In this document: piece by piece, positions 55,960 to 64,000 of the stretch
How positions within the stretch are numbered: position 1 is the stretch's first letter
Layout of the letters: each line of letters begins with the position of its first letter
Source of the DNA: Candidatus Omnitrophota bacterium
GTDB taxonomy: Bacteria; Omnitrophota; Gorgyraeia; Gygaellales; Profunditerraquicolaceae
Assembly (NCBI GenBank): GCA_028717245.1
Contig: JAQUOD010000003.1
Span: 21,636 to 85,635, forward strand
Direction: 5' to 3'
Length of the DNA stretch: 64,000 nucleotides
Notes under the pieces: generated by a model
What the model was told of the DNA's origin: nothing
Seen by the model: the letters and a program-made list of their open reading frames with translations, nothing else
The model's database searches: none
Made by a program: the position numbers and the translations under genes

Positions 55960-57123
55960 ATGAAGAGGATATATTTGGATTATGCTGCTACCACTCCCTG
56001 CGACCCCGAGGTTTTAAAGGCAATGGAGCCGTATTTCTTTGAGCAGTTTGGTAACCCTTCCAGTATTCACACCGAAGGCCAGGAGGCAAAGGCAGCGATT
56101 GAAGAATCCCGCGCAAAAGTTGCCGCATTTTTAGGTGCTAAGCCGGAGGAGATTACCTTTACTTCCGGCGGGACAGAATCCGATAATTCTGCTATCCAGG
56201 GCGTAGCCTATGCCCAGGAAAAGAAGGGCAATCATATTATTATCAGCGCTATTGAGCACCATGCCGTAAGCGAACCCTGCAAATTTTTAGAAAAGAGGGG
56301 TTTTAAAATTAGCCATATTGGCGTAGACAAATATGGTCTGGTTAACCCCGCTGATATTGAAAAGGCGATTACCGATAAGACAATCCTTGTTTCGGTGATG
56401 CATGCTAACAACGAAATCGGCACCATCCAGCCCATTGCCGATATCGGCGAAATTACCAGGGTCAAAGGCATATATTTTCATACGGATGCGGTCCAGACAG
56501 TAGGGCATATTCCGGTGAATGTGGATACCTTAAATATTGACCTCCTATCTTTGTCGGCGCATAAATTCTATGGGCCCAAGGGCGTGGGTGCCTTGTATGT
56601 CAGGAAGGGCACACGCATCGAGAGATTTTTACACGGAGGCGACCAGGAAAGAGGCAGGCGCGCATCCACCCATAATACCCCGGGCATTGTGGGATTAGGT
56701 GAGGCCATAGAACTCTGTCAGGAGAAGATGGCAGATGAAGCCAAACTTCAGATGCGTTTACGCGATAAGCTGCTTAAAGAAATCCAAAACAGGATCCCCG
56801 AGGTTTACTTAAACGGCCATCCTCAGCAAAGGCTGCCCAATAACGTTAATTTTTCCATCAAATATATTGAAGGCGAATCCATGCTTTTGAATTTGGATAT
56901 GCTGGGTATTGCCGCTTCCACAGGTTCTGCCTGCACCTCTACTTCTTTAGAGCCTTCGCATGTATTGCTGGCTATCGGATTACCCCATGAAATCGCCCAT
57001 GGTTCTTTAAGGCTTACTCTGGGCAGATGGACAAAAGAAGAAGATATAGACTACCTCTTAGAGTGCCTGCCGCAAGTCGTGGAAAAACTTCGAAAGATGT
57101 CTCCCCTCTACGAAAAGAAGTAA
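55960..57123 (+). CDS. Cysteine desulfurase (NifS/IscS family)
   Basis: PLP-lysine SAHKFYGPKG and active-site SGSACTS. Confidence 0.9.
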   Translation: MKRIYLDYAATTPCDPEVLKAMEPYFFEQFGNPSSIHTEGQEAKAAIEESRAKVAAFLGAKPEEITFTSGGTESDNSAIQGVAYAQEKKGNHIIISAIEHHAVSEPCKFLEKRGFKISHIGVDKYGLVNPADIEKAITDKTILVSVMHANNEIGTIQPIADIGEITRVKGIYFHTDAVQTVGHIPVNVDTLNIDLLSLSAHKFYGPKGVGALYVRKGTRIERFLHGGDQERGRRASTHNTPGIVGLGEAIELCQEKMADEAKLQMRLRDKLLKEIQNRIPEVYLNGHPQQRLPNNVNFSIKYIEGESMLLNLDMLGIAASTGSACTSTSLEPSHVLLAIGLPHEIAHGSLRLTLGRWTKEEDIDYLLECLPQVVEKLRKMSPLYEKK

Positions 57124-58082
57124 TGATGCAAGAAAAGATCCTCGATTTCCTAAAAAGAAAACAGGACTATATCTCCGGTGACCTGATCAGCCACCGTTTA
57201 GGGATAACGCGCCAGGCATTATGGAAGCACATCCAGATACTTAAGGATGCCGGTTATGATATCGTGGCTGTGCCGCATTTAGGGTATAAACTTGTTTCCT
57301 GCCCGGATAGGCTTATGCCCCTTGAAGTAAGCCGCGGGTTAAATACAAAGTTTGTGGGAAAGAAAATTCGCTATTTTGATACGGTCTCCTCGACTATGGA
57401 TGTGGCTTTACAGTCAGGGATAGAAGGTTCAGGTGAAGGTACACTTATTTTAGCGGAGACACAGACCAAAGGCAGGGGCAGATTAGGCAGGGAATGGTTT
57501 TCGCCCAAATATAAAGGTATATATTTTTCTTTGATCTTAAAGCCGAAAATTTTGCTTAACCAGACGCCTCTTTTAACTCTTATGGCCGCAGTAAGTATCT
57601 GCGAAGCGATAAAAGAAAAAATAGCCCTAACCTGTCAGATAAAGTGGCCCAATGACATACTACTTCACCATAAAAAAATAGGCGGGATACTGACCGAACT
57701 GAATGCCGAAGCAGACTTGAGCCGTTTTGTAGCCATTGGTATCGGCTTAAATGTAAATAATGATAAAAAGACACTTCTTGCCGGCGCGACATCTTTAAAA
57801 GAACAGGTCAGGGAAGAGGTAAACCGGCCGGATTTATTACGGGAGATATTGCATAAGATAGAAGAGAACTACCTTATTTTCCAGAAACAGGGCAGCAGGC
57901 ACATTATTGATAAATGGCGGGAGTGGAACGTAAGCCTGGGCAGGAGGGTAAGGGTAGCCTGTCAGAAAATACACATCGAAGGTCAGGCCCTGGATATCGA
58001 TACAGACGGAGGGCTATTGATCAGGGATGACTCCGGATTAGTCCAAAAGGTCATGAGCGGGGATGTGGTACATTGCAGGTAA
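57123..58082 (+). CDS. birA: Bifunctional biotin-protein ligase / biotin operon repressor
   Basis: N-terminal HTH (ISGDLISHRLGITRQALWKHIQ), GRGRLGREW biotin-binding motif, C-terminal SH3-like tail. ATG overlaps the nifS stop. Confidence 0.85.
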   Translation: MMQEKILDFLKRKQDYISGDLISHRLGITRQALWKHIQILKDAGYDIVAVPHLGYKLVSCPDRLMPLEVSRGLNTKFVGKKIRYFDTVSSTMDVALQSGIEGSGEGTLILAETQTKGRGRLGREWFSPKYKGIYFSLILKPKILLNQTPLLTLMAAVSICEAIKEKIALTCQIKWPNDILLHHKKIGGILTELNAEADLSRFVAIGIGLNVNNDKKTLLAGATSLKEQVREEVNRPDLLREILHKIEENYLIFQKQGSRHIIDKWREWNVSLGRRVRVACQKIHIEGQALDIDTDGGLLIRDDSGLVQKVMSGDVVHCR

Positions 58083-58142
58083 ATGTAAACCTATAAATAT
58101 AATTTAGTTGACAATAACCGCGCCTTCCTTATAATAATTATT

Positions 58143-59969
58143 ATGCTTAAGAGGCGCGGTTTGTTTTTTATAATTATCCTATATTTTTATGCCGTATCCT
58201 ACGCCCAAGAGGATTCAGCCGGTGATAAAATTTTTAAGAGGCAGGAGGCGCCGTTAGATTTAGAGCCCATTGTTATCACTAAAAGCAGAAGCTATCTTCT
58301 GCATCCTTATCCGCTTGATTCCGATGCCTTAAAAAACTCTCCTTACGACTCTCCTGTTGAAGCATTAAGTTTCCTACCCTTAGACCTGCAGAGCCGTTCT
58401 CCAAAATCCGGTATACAGACGGATTTTTCTTTACGGGGTTCTAATTTTCAAGGGGTCTTAATGCTGTTAGACGGCCAGCGCATTAATGACCCCCAGACAG
58501 CCCATCACAACGCTGACATACCTTTGACTAAGGAAGATATAAGAAGAATCGAGGTCACCCCGGGGGCAAGTTCTAGCCTCTTTGGCCCGGATGCCATCGG
58601 CGGGGCTATAAATATGATTGTTAAAAAACCGCAGGATAAGAAGATAGTTTTAGAATTAAAAGGAGGCCGCTACCAGAGCAAATCCGCGCTTTTGAGCGTA
58701 AGCGATAAAATAGATAACTTGGGTGTAAGGTTAAGTTTAGAAAACCAGGATTCTAGGGGGTTTCGTTATGATACTGATTTTAAGAAATTTACCGCTACTT
58801 TGAATTCGTCCTTGGATATCACCGACGGAGAGTTCAATATCCAGGCGGGGTATCAGGAAAAGCAATTCGGGGCCTATGATTTTTATACGCCGGGCTTAGG
58901 TTATCCTTCCGAGGAATGGACCAAAACTTATTTATGCAGCGCCGGGTTAAATCTGGATAAGGCAGGCTTTATGATTAAGCCGAATATGCTTTGGCGCCGG
59001 CACTATGATAAATTTATGCTGGATAAGACCCAGGTGAGAAGTAATTATCTTAACCATCATCACACGGATATTTATACCCCCAATATTTATCTGCAGAAGG
59101 AAGCAGGTATTTTAGGTAAGCTGGGCCTGGGGTTAGAGTATGGAGAAGAGTGGATTAACTCCACGAATTTAGGTAAGCATACCCGAAGGCATAAAAGCCT
59201 ATTCGCGGATGAAAATAAAGAATTGAATGATCAATTATCTTTGGGTTTATCCTTTCGTAGCGATGACTTTGATAGTTTTGGCTGGGTTTATACCGGCTCA
59301 GCCAGTTTTAGGTATAAAATTTCCGAGAGAGACTCTTTGCGTTTTGGCGCTTCCAGAAACATGCGTATTCCATCCTTTACTGAACTTTATTATAGTGACC
59401 CTACTACGCTGGGTAACACTGATCTTTCCGCCGAAAAATCGCTGAACTACGAGGTCGGGTATGATTATAAAAAAGAAAAATTATCGGCAGGCCTTACTTT
59501 TTTCTTAAGGCAGGAGAGTGATTCTATTGATTGGATAAAACGCGAACCATCCCAGGCCAAGTGGCAGGTAGAGAATATTACCGAAGCAGACGTAGTGGGC
59601 CTGGAAAGTTATTTAAGGCTAAAAATAAGCGAGCGCGTAACTGTGGATTCTAATTATTCTTATATTAATAGACACGCGGATGACCGGGGGTATCTTTATA
59701 AATATGGCCCGAATTATATAAAGCACCTGGTGAATACCGCGCTTACCTTTAACCTACCCTTCGGGGTTCAAACTTTGGGGCTGACCTATAAGAAAAAGCC
59801 GAGTCGCCGCGGCTGGCTCCTTTTAAATACCCGCCTCTGCCATAATCTTCCCAAAAACTCCCAAATCTTTTTAGAGATTACCAACCTCCTCAATGTCGAA
59901 TATCAGGAAATAGAGGGCATACCTCAGCCAGGCCGCTGGATTGAAGGCGGGTTGCGGGTTGAATGGTAA
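58143..59969 (+). CDS. TonB-dependent outer membrane receptor
   Basis: Signal peptide, TonB box EPIVITKS, plug domain, and C-terminal beta-barrel ending ...GLRVEW. Confidence 0.85.
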   Translation: MLKRRGLFFIIILYFYAVSYAQEDSAGDKIFKRQEAPLDLEPIVITKSRSYLLHPYPLDSDALKNSPYDSPVEALSFLPLDLQSRSPKSGIQTDFSLRGSNFQGVLMLLDGQRINDPQTAHHNADIPLTKEDIRRIEVTPGASSSLFGPDAIGGAINMIVKKPQDKKIVLELKGGRYQSKSALLSVSDKIDNLGVRLSLENQDSRGFRYDTDFKKFTATLNSSLDITDGEFNIQAGYQEKQFGAYDFYTPGLGYPSEEWTKTYLCSAGLNLDKAGFMIKPNMLWRRHYDKFMLDKTQVRSNYLNHHHTDIYTPNIYLQKEAGILGKLGLGLEYGEEWINSTNLGKHTRRHKSLFADENKELNDQLSLGLSFRSDDFDSFGWVYTGSASFRYKISERDSLRFGASRNMRIPSFTELYYSDPTTLGNTDLSAEKSLNYEVGYDYKKEKLSAGLTFFLRQESDSIDWIKREPSQAKWQVENITEADVVGLESYLRLKISERVTVDSNYSYINRHADDRGYLYKYGPNYIKHLVNTALTFNLPFGVQTLGLTYKKKPSRRGWLLLNTRLCHNLPKNSQIFLEITNLLNVEYQEIEGIPQPGRWIEGGLRVEW

Positions 59970-60213
59970 TTAGTAGCGGCTGCCTTACCTAACCTCAACC
60001 CCATTTCCTCTCTCGCAGTAAGGTGCTCGTCGCATTCGGCTTGACTTCTTCTGTAAGCCCCCCATCCCCCGCTGATATTTCAAATGAGGCGGGGGTTACT
60101 CATAGATGCTAAGCAGTACGAAGTCTCGCCTCATAAGAGTGCTCCTGCGCTCCTTATGCTCGTTCGGAAACGGGCTTGAGGTTTGCAAGCGGTTTTCAAA
60201 TAACGGAGAATTC

Positions 60214-60303
60214 AGCGGGTGACGCGGGGGATGCCTCGAGGAAAATTTCCTGTCTGCCGGCAGGCAGGGAGAGAGGCTCACTCCGCGGTGAGGACCCGCT
60301 GCC
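60214..60303. repeat. GC-rich palindromic intergenic repeat element, type 1 with a different central insert
   Basis: AGCGGGTGACGCGGGGGATGCCTCGAGGAAAATTT ... CCGCGGTGAGGACCCGCTGCC termini identical to 30418-30490. Confidence 0.75.
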
Positions 60304-60415
60304 TGATAACAGGGAGAATAAAGCACGAAACAAGACAAGACAGACGCTAATTATTCCTATTCCTTTTGAAGAGGGTTGCCTTATGGTATAATAAATTACA
60401 TTTATAGGGAGATAT

Positions 60416-61498
60416 ATGAAAGAGCGGGTAGCGGTGGCGATGAGCGGCGGCGTGGATTCTTCTGTAGCAGCAGCCTTGTTAAAAAAGCAAGGTTATGAAG
60501 TTATCGGGCTGACTATGTGTTTCAATTTAGCTGATTCTACTACAAAAAGGCCTAATTGCTGCGGTCTAGAGGGAATAGAAGATGCCCGGCGCGTGGCCCA
60601 TAAATTAGGGATAAGGCATTATGTCTTGAATTTCAGCAAAGTTCTGAAAGAAAAGGTCATCGCGGATTTCTGCCGGGAATATTTAAGAGGCAGGACACCC
60701 AACCCTTGCGTAAGGTGCAACCAGTTTATAAAATTTGATGCCTTGTTGAAAAAGGCCCTCTCCTTAGACGCTGGGTTTCTGGCTACCGGACACTATGCGC
60801 GCATAGAAAAAGTCGTTAGTCGTCAGTCGCTAGTCGTTAGTTATTTACTAAAGAAAGCTAAGGACAAAAAGAAAGATCAGTCTTATTTTTTATATTGTTT
60901 AGGCCAAAAGCAATTAAGGCGCATACTTTTTCCTTTAGGGGATTATACGAAGGAGGAAGTGAGGAATTTAGCCAGGAAATTTAATTTACCCATCGCGGAT
61001 AAATTAGCCAGCCAGGAGATATGTTTTCTCCCGGATGCGGATTATCGTAGGTTTTTAAATACGCACGCTAAGGCAAAGATAAAGCCCGGCCCCATACTGG
61101 ATAAAGAAGGCAATGTATTGGGCCAGCATCAGGGGGTCGCTTTTTATACTATCGGACAGCGTGAAGGATTAGGTATTGCCAGGGGTTATCCTTTATACGT
61201 GATAGAAATAAACCCCGGAAATCGCAGCATAATAGTAGGTAAGAAAGAGGATGTGTATAAGGATGAGTTTTATCTTAAGAATACGCATTTTATCATCGGT
61301 CTTAAGAAAAAGAAGGTTGCCCTAAGAGTAAAGATAAGGTATAATCACCCCGAAGCGCAAGCACAGGTTATAGTTACGGGACGCAAGGTAAAAGTCAAGT
61401 TTAGTAAACCCCAGTTTGCCGTTACTCCGGGCCAATCCGCAGTATTTTATGATCATGATACGGTCGTAGGCGGCGGAGTCATCGGTAAAGTTTTATAA
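60416..61498 (+). CDS. mnmA: tRNA-specific 2-thiouridylase
   Basis: VAMSGGVDSSVAA PP-loop, catalytic Cys residues. Contains a 35-nt heptamer tandem repeat at 60811-60845. Confidence 0.9.
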   Translation: MKERVAVAMSGGVDSSVAAALLKKQGYEVIGLTMCFNLADSTTKRPNCCGLEGIEDARRVAHKLGIRHYVLNFSKVLKEKVIADFCREYLRGRTPNPCVRCNQFIKFDALLKKALSLDAGFLATGHYARIEKVVSRQSLVVSYLLKKAKDKKKDQSYFLYCLGQKQLRRILFPLGDYTKEEVRNLARKFNLPIADKLASQEICFLPDADYRRFLNTHAKAKIKPGPILDKEGNVLGQHQGVAFYTIGQREGLGIARGYPLYVIEINPGNRSIIVGKKEDVYKDEFYLKNTHFIIGLKKKKVALRVKIRYNHPEAQAQVIVTGRKVKVKFSKPQFAVTPGQSAVFYDHDTVVGGGVIGKVL

Positions 61499-61534
61499 AG
61501 AGACAGGTACAATCTTAATTTCGCACCAGGTGCT

Positions 61535-62479
61535 ATGGTTAAGGATATTTTAGAGAAGAAGATCGGGGAGTTAAAAAAGAAGCGTAATGCCGTTATCTTA
61601 GTGCACAACTATCAGCTCCCGGAGGTGCAGGATGTGGCGGATTACCGGGGGGATTCTCTGGAACTAAGCCGCATTGCTGCCAAGACCGACGCCAAAGTGA
61701 TTGTTTTTTGCGGGGTGCATTTTATGGCTGAAACGGCGTCAATTCTCTGCCCCGATAAAAAAGTGATCATGCCTGACGCGCAGGCAGGCTGCCCCATGGC
61801 CAATATGATTACTGCCGAGGACCTAAAGAGGCTAAAAAAACAGCATCCCGAAGCAATAGCAGTGGGTTATGTGAATACCTCGGCAGAGGTTAAGGCAGAG
61901 CTGGATGTGTGTTGCACTTCGACTAATGCCGTCGCAGTAGTTGAAGCCATAGCAAAAGATTCCGCCGCAGGCGGATCCGCCTTCGGCGGAAAAAAAGAGA
62001 TTATTTTTGTGCCGGATAAATATCTGGCAGACTTTGTTTCCAAGCAGACAGGGAGGAAGCTTATTTCCTGGAATGGATTCTGCCCTACCCATGTCAAGAT
62101 GTTACCCGAGGATATCAAAAGAGAAAAGAAATTCCACCCTCAGGCTAAGGTGATGGTGCATCCGGAGTGCCTGCCTCAGGTGGTGGCCATGGCAGATGCA
62201 GTGCTTTCTACCAGTAAGATGTGCCAGTTTGCCCGTGAGACAGAGGCAAAGGAGATAATTGTAGGCACAGAGGTTGGCCTGATCTACCGCCTCAAAGAAG
62301 ATAACCCTAAAAAAGAATTCTATCCTGCTTCAGAGAGGGCAGTCTGCCCTAATATGAAACGCACTACCCAGGAGAAAATCCTCTGGGCATTGGAAGAACT
62401 TAAGCAGGAGGTAAGGGTATCTGATCAAATCCGGTTACGCGCCAGGAAATCCATAGACAGGATGCTGGAAATAATTTAA
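61535..62479 (+). CDS. nadA: Quinolinate synthase A
   Basis: ILVHNYQ, CGVHFMAET, and three conserved Cys. Confidence 0.9.
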   Translation: MVKDILEKKIGELKKKRNAVILVHNYQLPEVQDVADYRGDSLELSRIAAKTDAKVIVFCGVHFMAETASILCPDKKVIMPDAQAGCPMANMITAEDLKRLKKQHPEAIAVGYVNTSAEVKAELDVCCTSTNAVAVVEAIAKDSAAGGSAFGGKKEIIFVPDKYLADFVSKQTGRKLISWNGFCPTHVKMLPEDIKREKKFHPQAKVMVHPECLPQVVAMADAVLSTSKMCQFARETEAKEIIVGTEVGLIYRLKEDNPKKEFYPASERAVCPNMKRTTQEKILWALEELKQEVRVSDQIRLRARKSIDRMLEII

Positions 62480-63103
62480 GTGAATATCCCCGTAATTTAT
62501 GAAGATGATTGGCTGCTGGTTTTAGATAAACCTTCCGGATTACTCACTATCCCCACCCCTAAAAATGAATCGCGCACATTGAGTAGCATCCTGAATGAGG
62601 ATGCAAAAAAAAGAGGCCTGTCTTATCGCCTCTATCCCTGCCACCGTTTAGACAGGGAGACATCCGGTTTAATCATTTATGCCAAAGGTAAGTCTGTTCA
62701 AAAAAATATGATGCACGCCTTCAGGGATAGAAAAATAAAAAAGACATATCTGGCCTTTGTGCAGGGGAGGTTAGCGCTAGAAAAAGGGGATATGCGTTAT
62801 CCTATTGAAGGTAAGAACGCTGTTACCGGATACAGGGTAGTGGAAAAAAGAAACGGCTTTACGGTGGTAGAGGCAGCACCTTTAACCGGAAGAACCAACC
62901 AGATCAGGATACATTTTAAGCGGATCGGGCATCCTTTGCTGGGTGAAACAAAATTCGCCTTTCGCCGCGACTTTGAATTGAAGGCCAAACGCCTGTGTTT
63001 GCACGCGCAAAGATTAGAATTCGCACATCCGGTAAGCAAAAAGATAATATCGCTAGCTGCGCCTTTAGCCGATGACATGCGGGATTTCTTAAACAAACAT
63101 TAA
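62480..63103 (+). CDS. RluA-family pseudouridine synthase
   Basis: HRLDRETSGLII catalytic-Asp motif. Confidence 0.85.
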   Translation: MNIPVIYEDDWLLVLDKPSGLLTIPTPKNESRTLSSILNEDAKKRGLSYRLYPCHRLDRETSGLIIYAKGKSVQKNMMHAFRDRKIKKTYLAFVQGRLALEKGDMRYPIEGKNAVTGYRVVEKRNGFTVVEAAPLTGRTNQIRIHFKRIGHPLLGETKFAFRRDFELKAKRLCLHAQRLEFAHPVSKKIISLAAPLADDMRDFLNKH

Positions 63104-64000
63104 ATGCCTTTTAACCCGAAGAAGTTAAAAAGCCCGTTTTTAATTTTCTCCTGGGCGCTCTATGACCTGGCCAACCAATTCTTTGCCTTAAATATCGTCT
63201 CGCTTTATTTTGTGCGCTGGGTGACTATAGAAAGGCAGGCCCCGGAGATACTTTACAGTATCGCCTTTGCTGTCTCCACATTTTTTATCGCGGTTTCCGC
63301 GCCCATACTGGGGGCAATTTCCGATATGACGCAAAGACGCCGGCCATTTTTAATCTATCTTACTTTGCTTTCTGTTGTATTCACCATGGTCCTGGGCGTA
63401 TCTAATAATGTAATCATGGCGCTTTTATTCTTTATCATCGCAAATTACGGCTGTCAGACCGCCACGGTTTTTTATAATGCCTTGATGGTCAATATCACGC
63501 CCCCGAACAAAACCGGTTTGGTTTCCGGATTCGGGAAAATGATGAGTTATGCCGGGGCAGTCCTGGCATTATATATGGTTAAGCCCACAGTTTTAGAAAG
63601 CGGTTATCGGGCGACATTTTTGCCCACAGGTATTTTATTCCTGCTCTTTTCTCTGCCCTGCCTGATTTTTGTCAGGGATAAACCATCCCCGATAGCCGTA
63701 GGCTTTAAATCCTGTTTAGAAAAGGATAAAATACTTTGCATCTTTAAAACCCTCAAAGGCACTCTTTTTGACAGGCATCGATTTCCCGGGTCAGATTTTT
63801 TAAAATCCGCCTTTTTTATTTTCTGTGCGGTTAATGCCGTTATCCTTTTTATGTCCATATATGCTACACGCGCCTTCGGGTTGAATGAGGCGGAAGTGGT
63901 CAACCTGATTATTGTCTCCACCCTCTTTGCCATGGCAGGGAGTTTATTCTCGGGCTTTATCAGCGATTACCTCGGGCATAAGCGTGCGATGGCTGCGATA
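63104..64000 (+). CDS. MFS-type transporter (Atg22/UMF1-like), 3' end outside window
   Basis: Open frame from the ATG at 63104 to the window edge; multiple TM helices. Not in the ORF track because no stop falls in the window. Confidence 0.55.
   Translation, partial: MPFNPKKLKSPFLIFSWALYDLANQFFALNIVSLYFVRWVTIERQAPEILYSIAFAVSTFFIAVSAPILGAISDMTQRRRPFLIYLTLLSVVFTMVLGVSNNVIMALLFFIIANYGCQTATVFYNALMVNITPPNKTGLVSGFGKMMSYAGAVLALYMVKPTVLESGYRATFLPTGILFLLFSLPCLIFVRDKPSPIAVGFKSCLEKDKILCIFKTLKGTLFDRHRFPGSDFLKSAFFIFCAVNAVILFMSIYATRAFGLNEAEVVNLIIVSTLFAMAGSLFSGFISDYLGHKRAMAAI

Noticed and set aside
58083-58142. Cobalamin riboswitch upstream of the TonB-dependent receptor
   Set aside because: The intergenic region is only 60 nt and AT-rich, too short for a B12 element.
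63604-63933. ORF 63604-63933 on the minus strand
   Set aside because: It lies antisense within the MFS transporter frame that runs open to the window edge.
1-64000. CRISPR arrays
   Set aside because: No regularly spaced 25-40-bp direct repeats with unique spacers were seen. The repeated sequences present are palindromic intergenic elements, 7-bp microsatellites and large inverted repeats.

Overview
This is a low-GC (roughly 40-45%) bacterial chromosomal segment. It most likely comes from an uncultivated Gram-negative anaerobe: BamD, LptE, LpxL-like, Lnt and a TonB-dependent receptor are present, alongside FprA, superoxide reductase, rubredoxin and the DUF39/NIL-ferredoxin homocysteine pathway.

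The first ~9.4 kb is the unusual part. tRNA-Leu(CAA) and tRNA-Ala(GGC) are followed by an ~8.8 kb element that appears to have inserted exactly at the 3' end of tRNA-Ala. The original tRNA terminator now sits at 9360-9387. The element contains:
- a 517-aa large serine recombinase bracketed by perfect ~90-bp inverted repeats, each carrying a copy of the tRNA 3' end;
- a pair of ~418-bp GC-rich, hairpin-dense inverted repeats (2225-2643 and 8936-9352) whose stems differ by compensatory substitutions;
- between them, an AT-rich, tightly packed seven-gene operon.

The operon genes are, in order: an XRE/controller-like HTH regulator; a D12-class m6A DNA methyltransferase; a second SPPY-type N4/N6 DNA methyltransferase; a 309-aa protein with two degenerate LAGLIDADG-like motifs; a 163-aa PD-(D/E)xK nuclease-like protein; a zinc-ribbon/coiled-coil/nuclease-like protein resembling DUF2130; and a DUF3800-like protein. 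This is my best candidate for a new restriction/defense system.

The rest of the window is housekeeping: nfo, leuS, comEA/comEC, bamD, lptE, holA, rpsT, murJ, uvrC, ogt-like, pilT, prfB (with +1 frameshift), secA, lnt, an M23 peptidase, a CDF transporter, a PIG-L deacetylase, an LpxL-like acyltransferase, bioY, several metal transporters, thi4, an Rrf2-controlled oxidative-stress cluster (rubredoxin, FprA, SOR, rubrerythrin-like, trxB), thiE, a sulfur cluster (Rrf2, cysK, NifU-like, DUF39, NIL-ferredoxin, LarE-like, nifS), birA, a TonB receptor, mnmA, nadA, a RluA-family synthase and a partial MFS transporter.

Two recurring oddities stand out across the window. There are at least three families of GC-rich palindromic intergenic repeat elements. 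Heptanucleotide tandem repeats (ACCAACG and its reverse complement, with variants) sit in-frame inside leuS, lnt (three sites) and mnmA. An RcnA-like transporter gene carries an in-frame TAG immediately followed by ATG.
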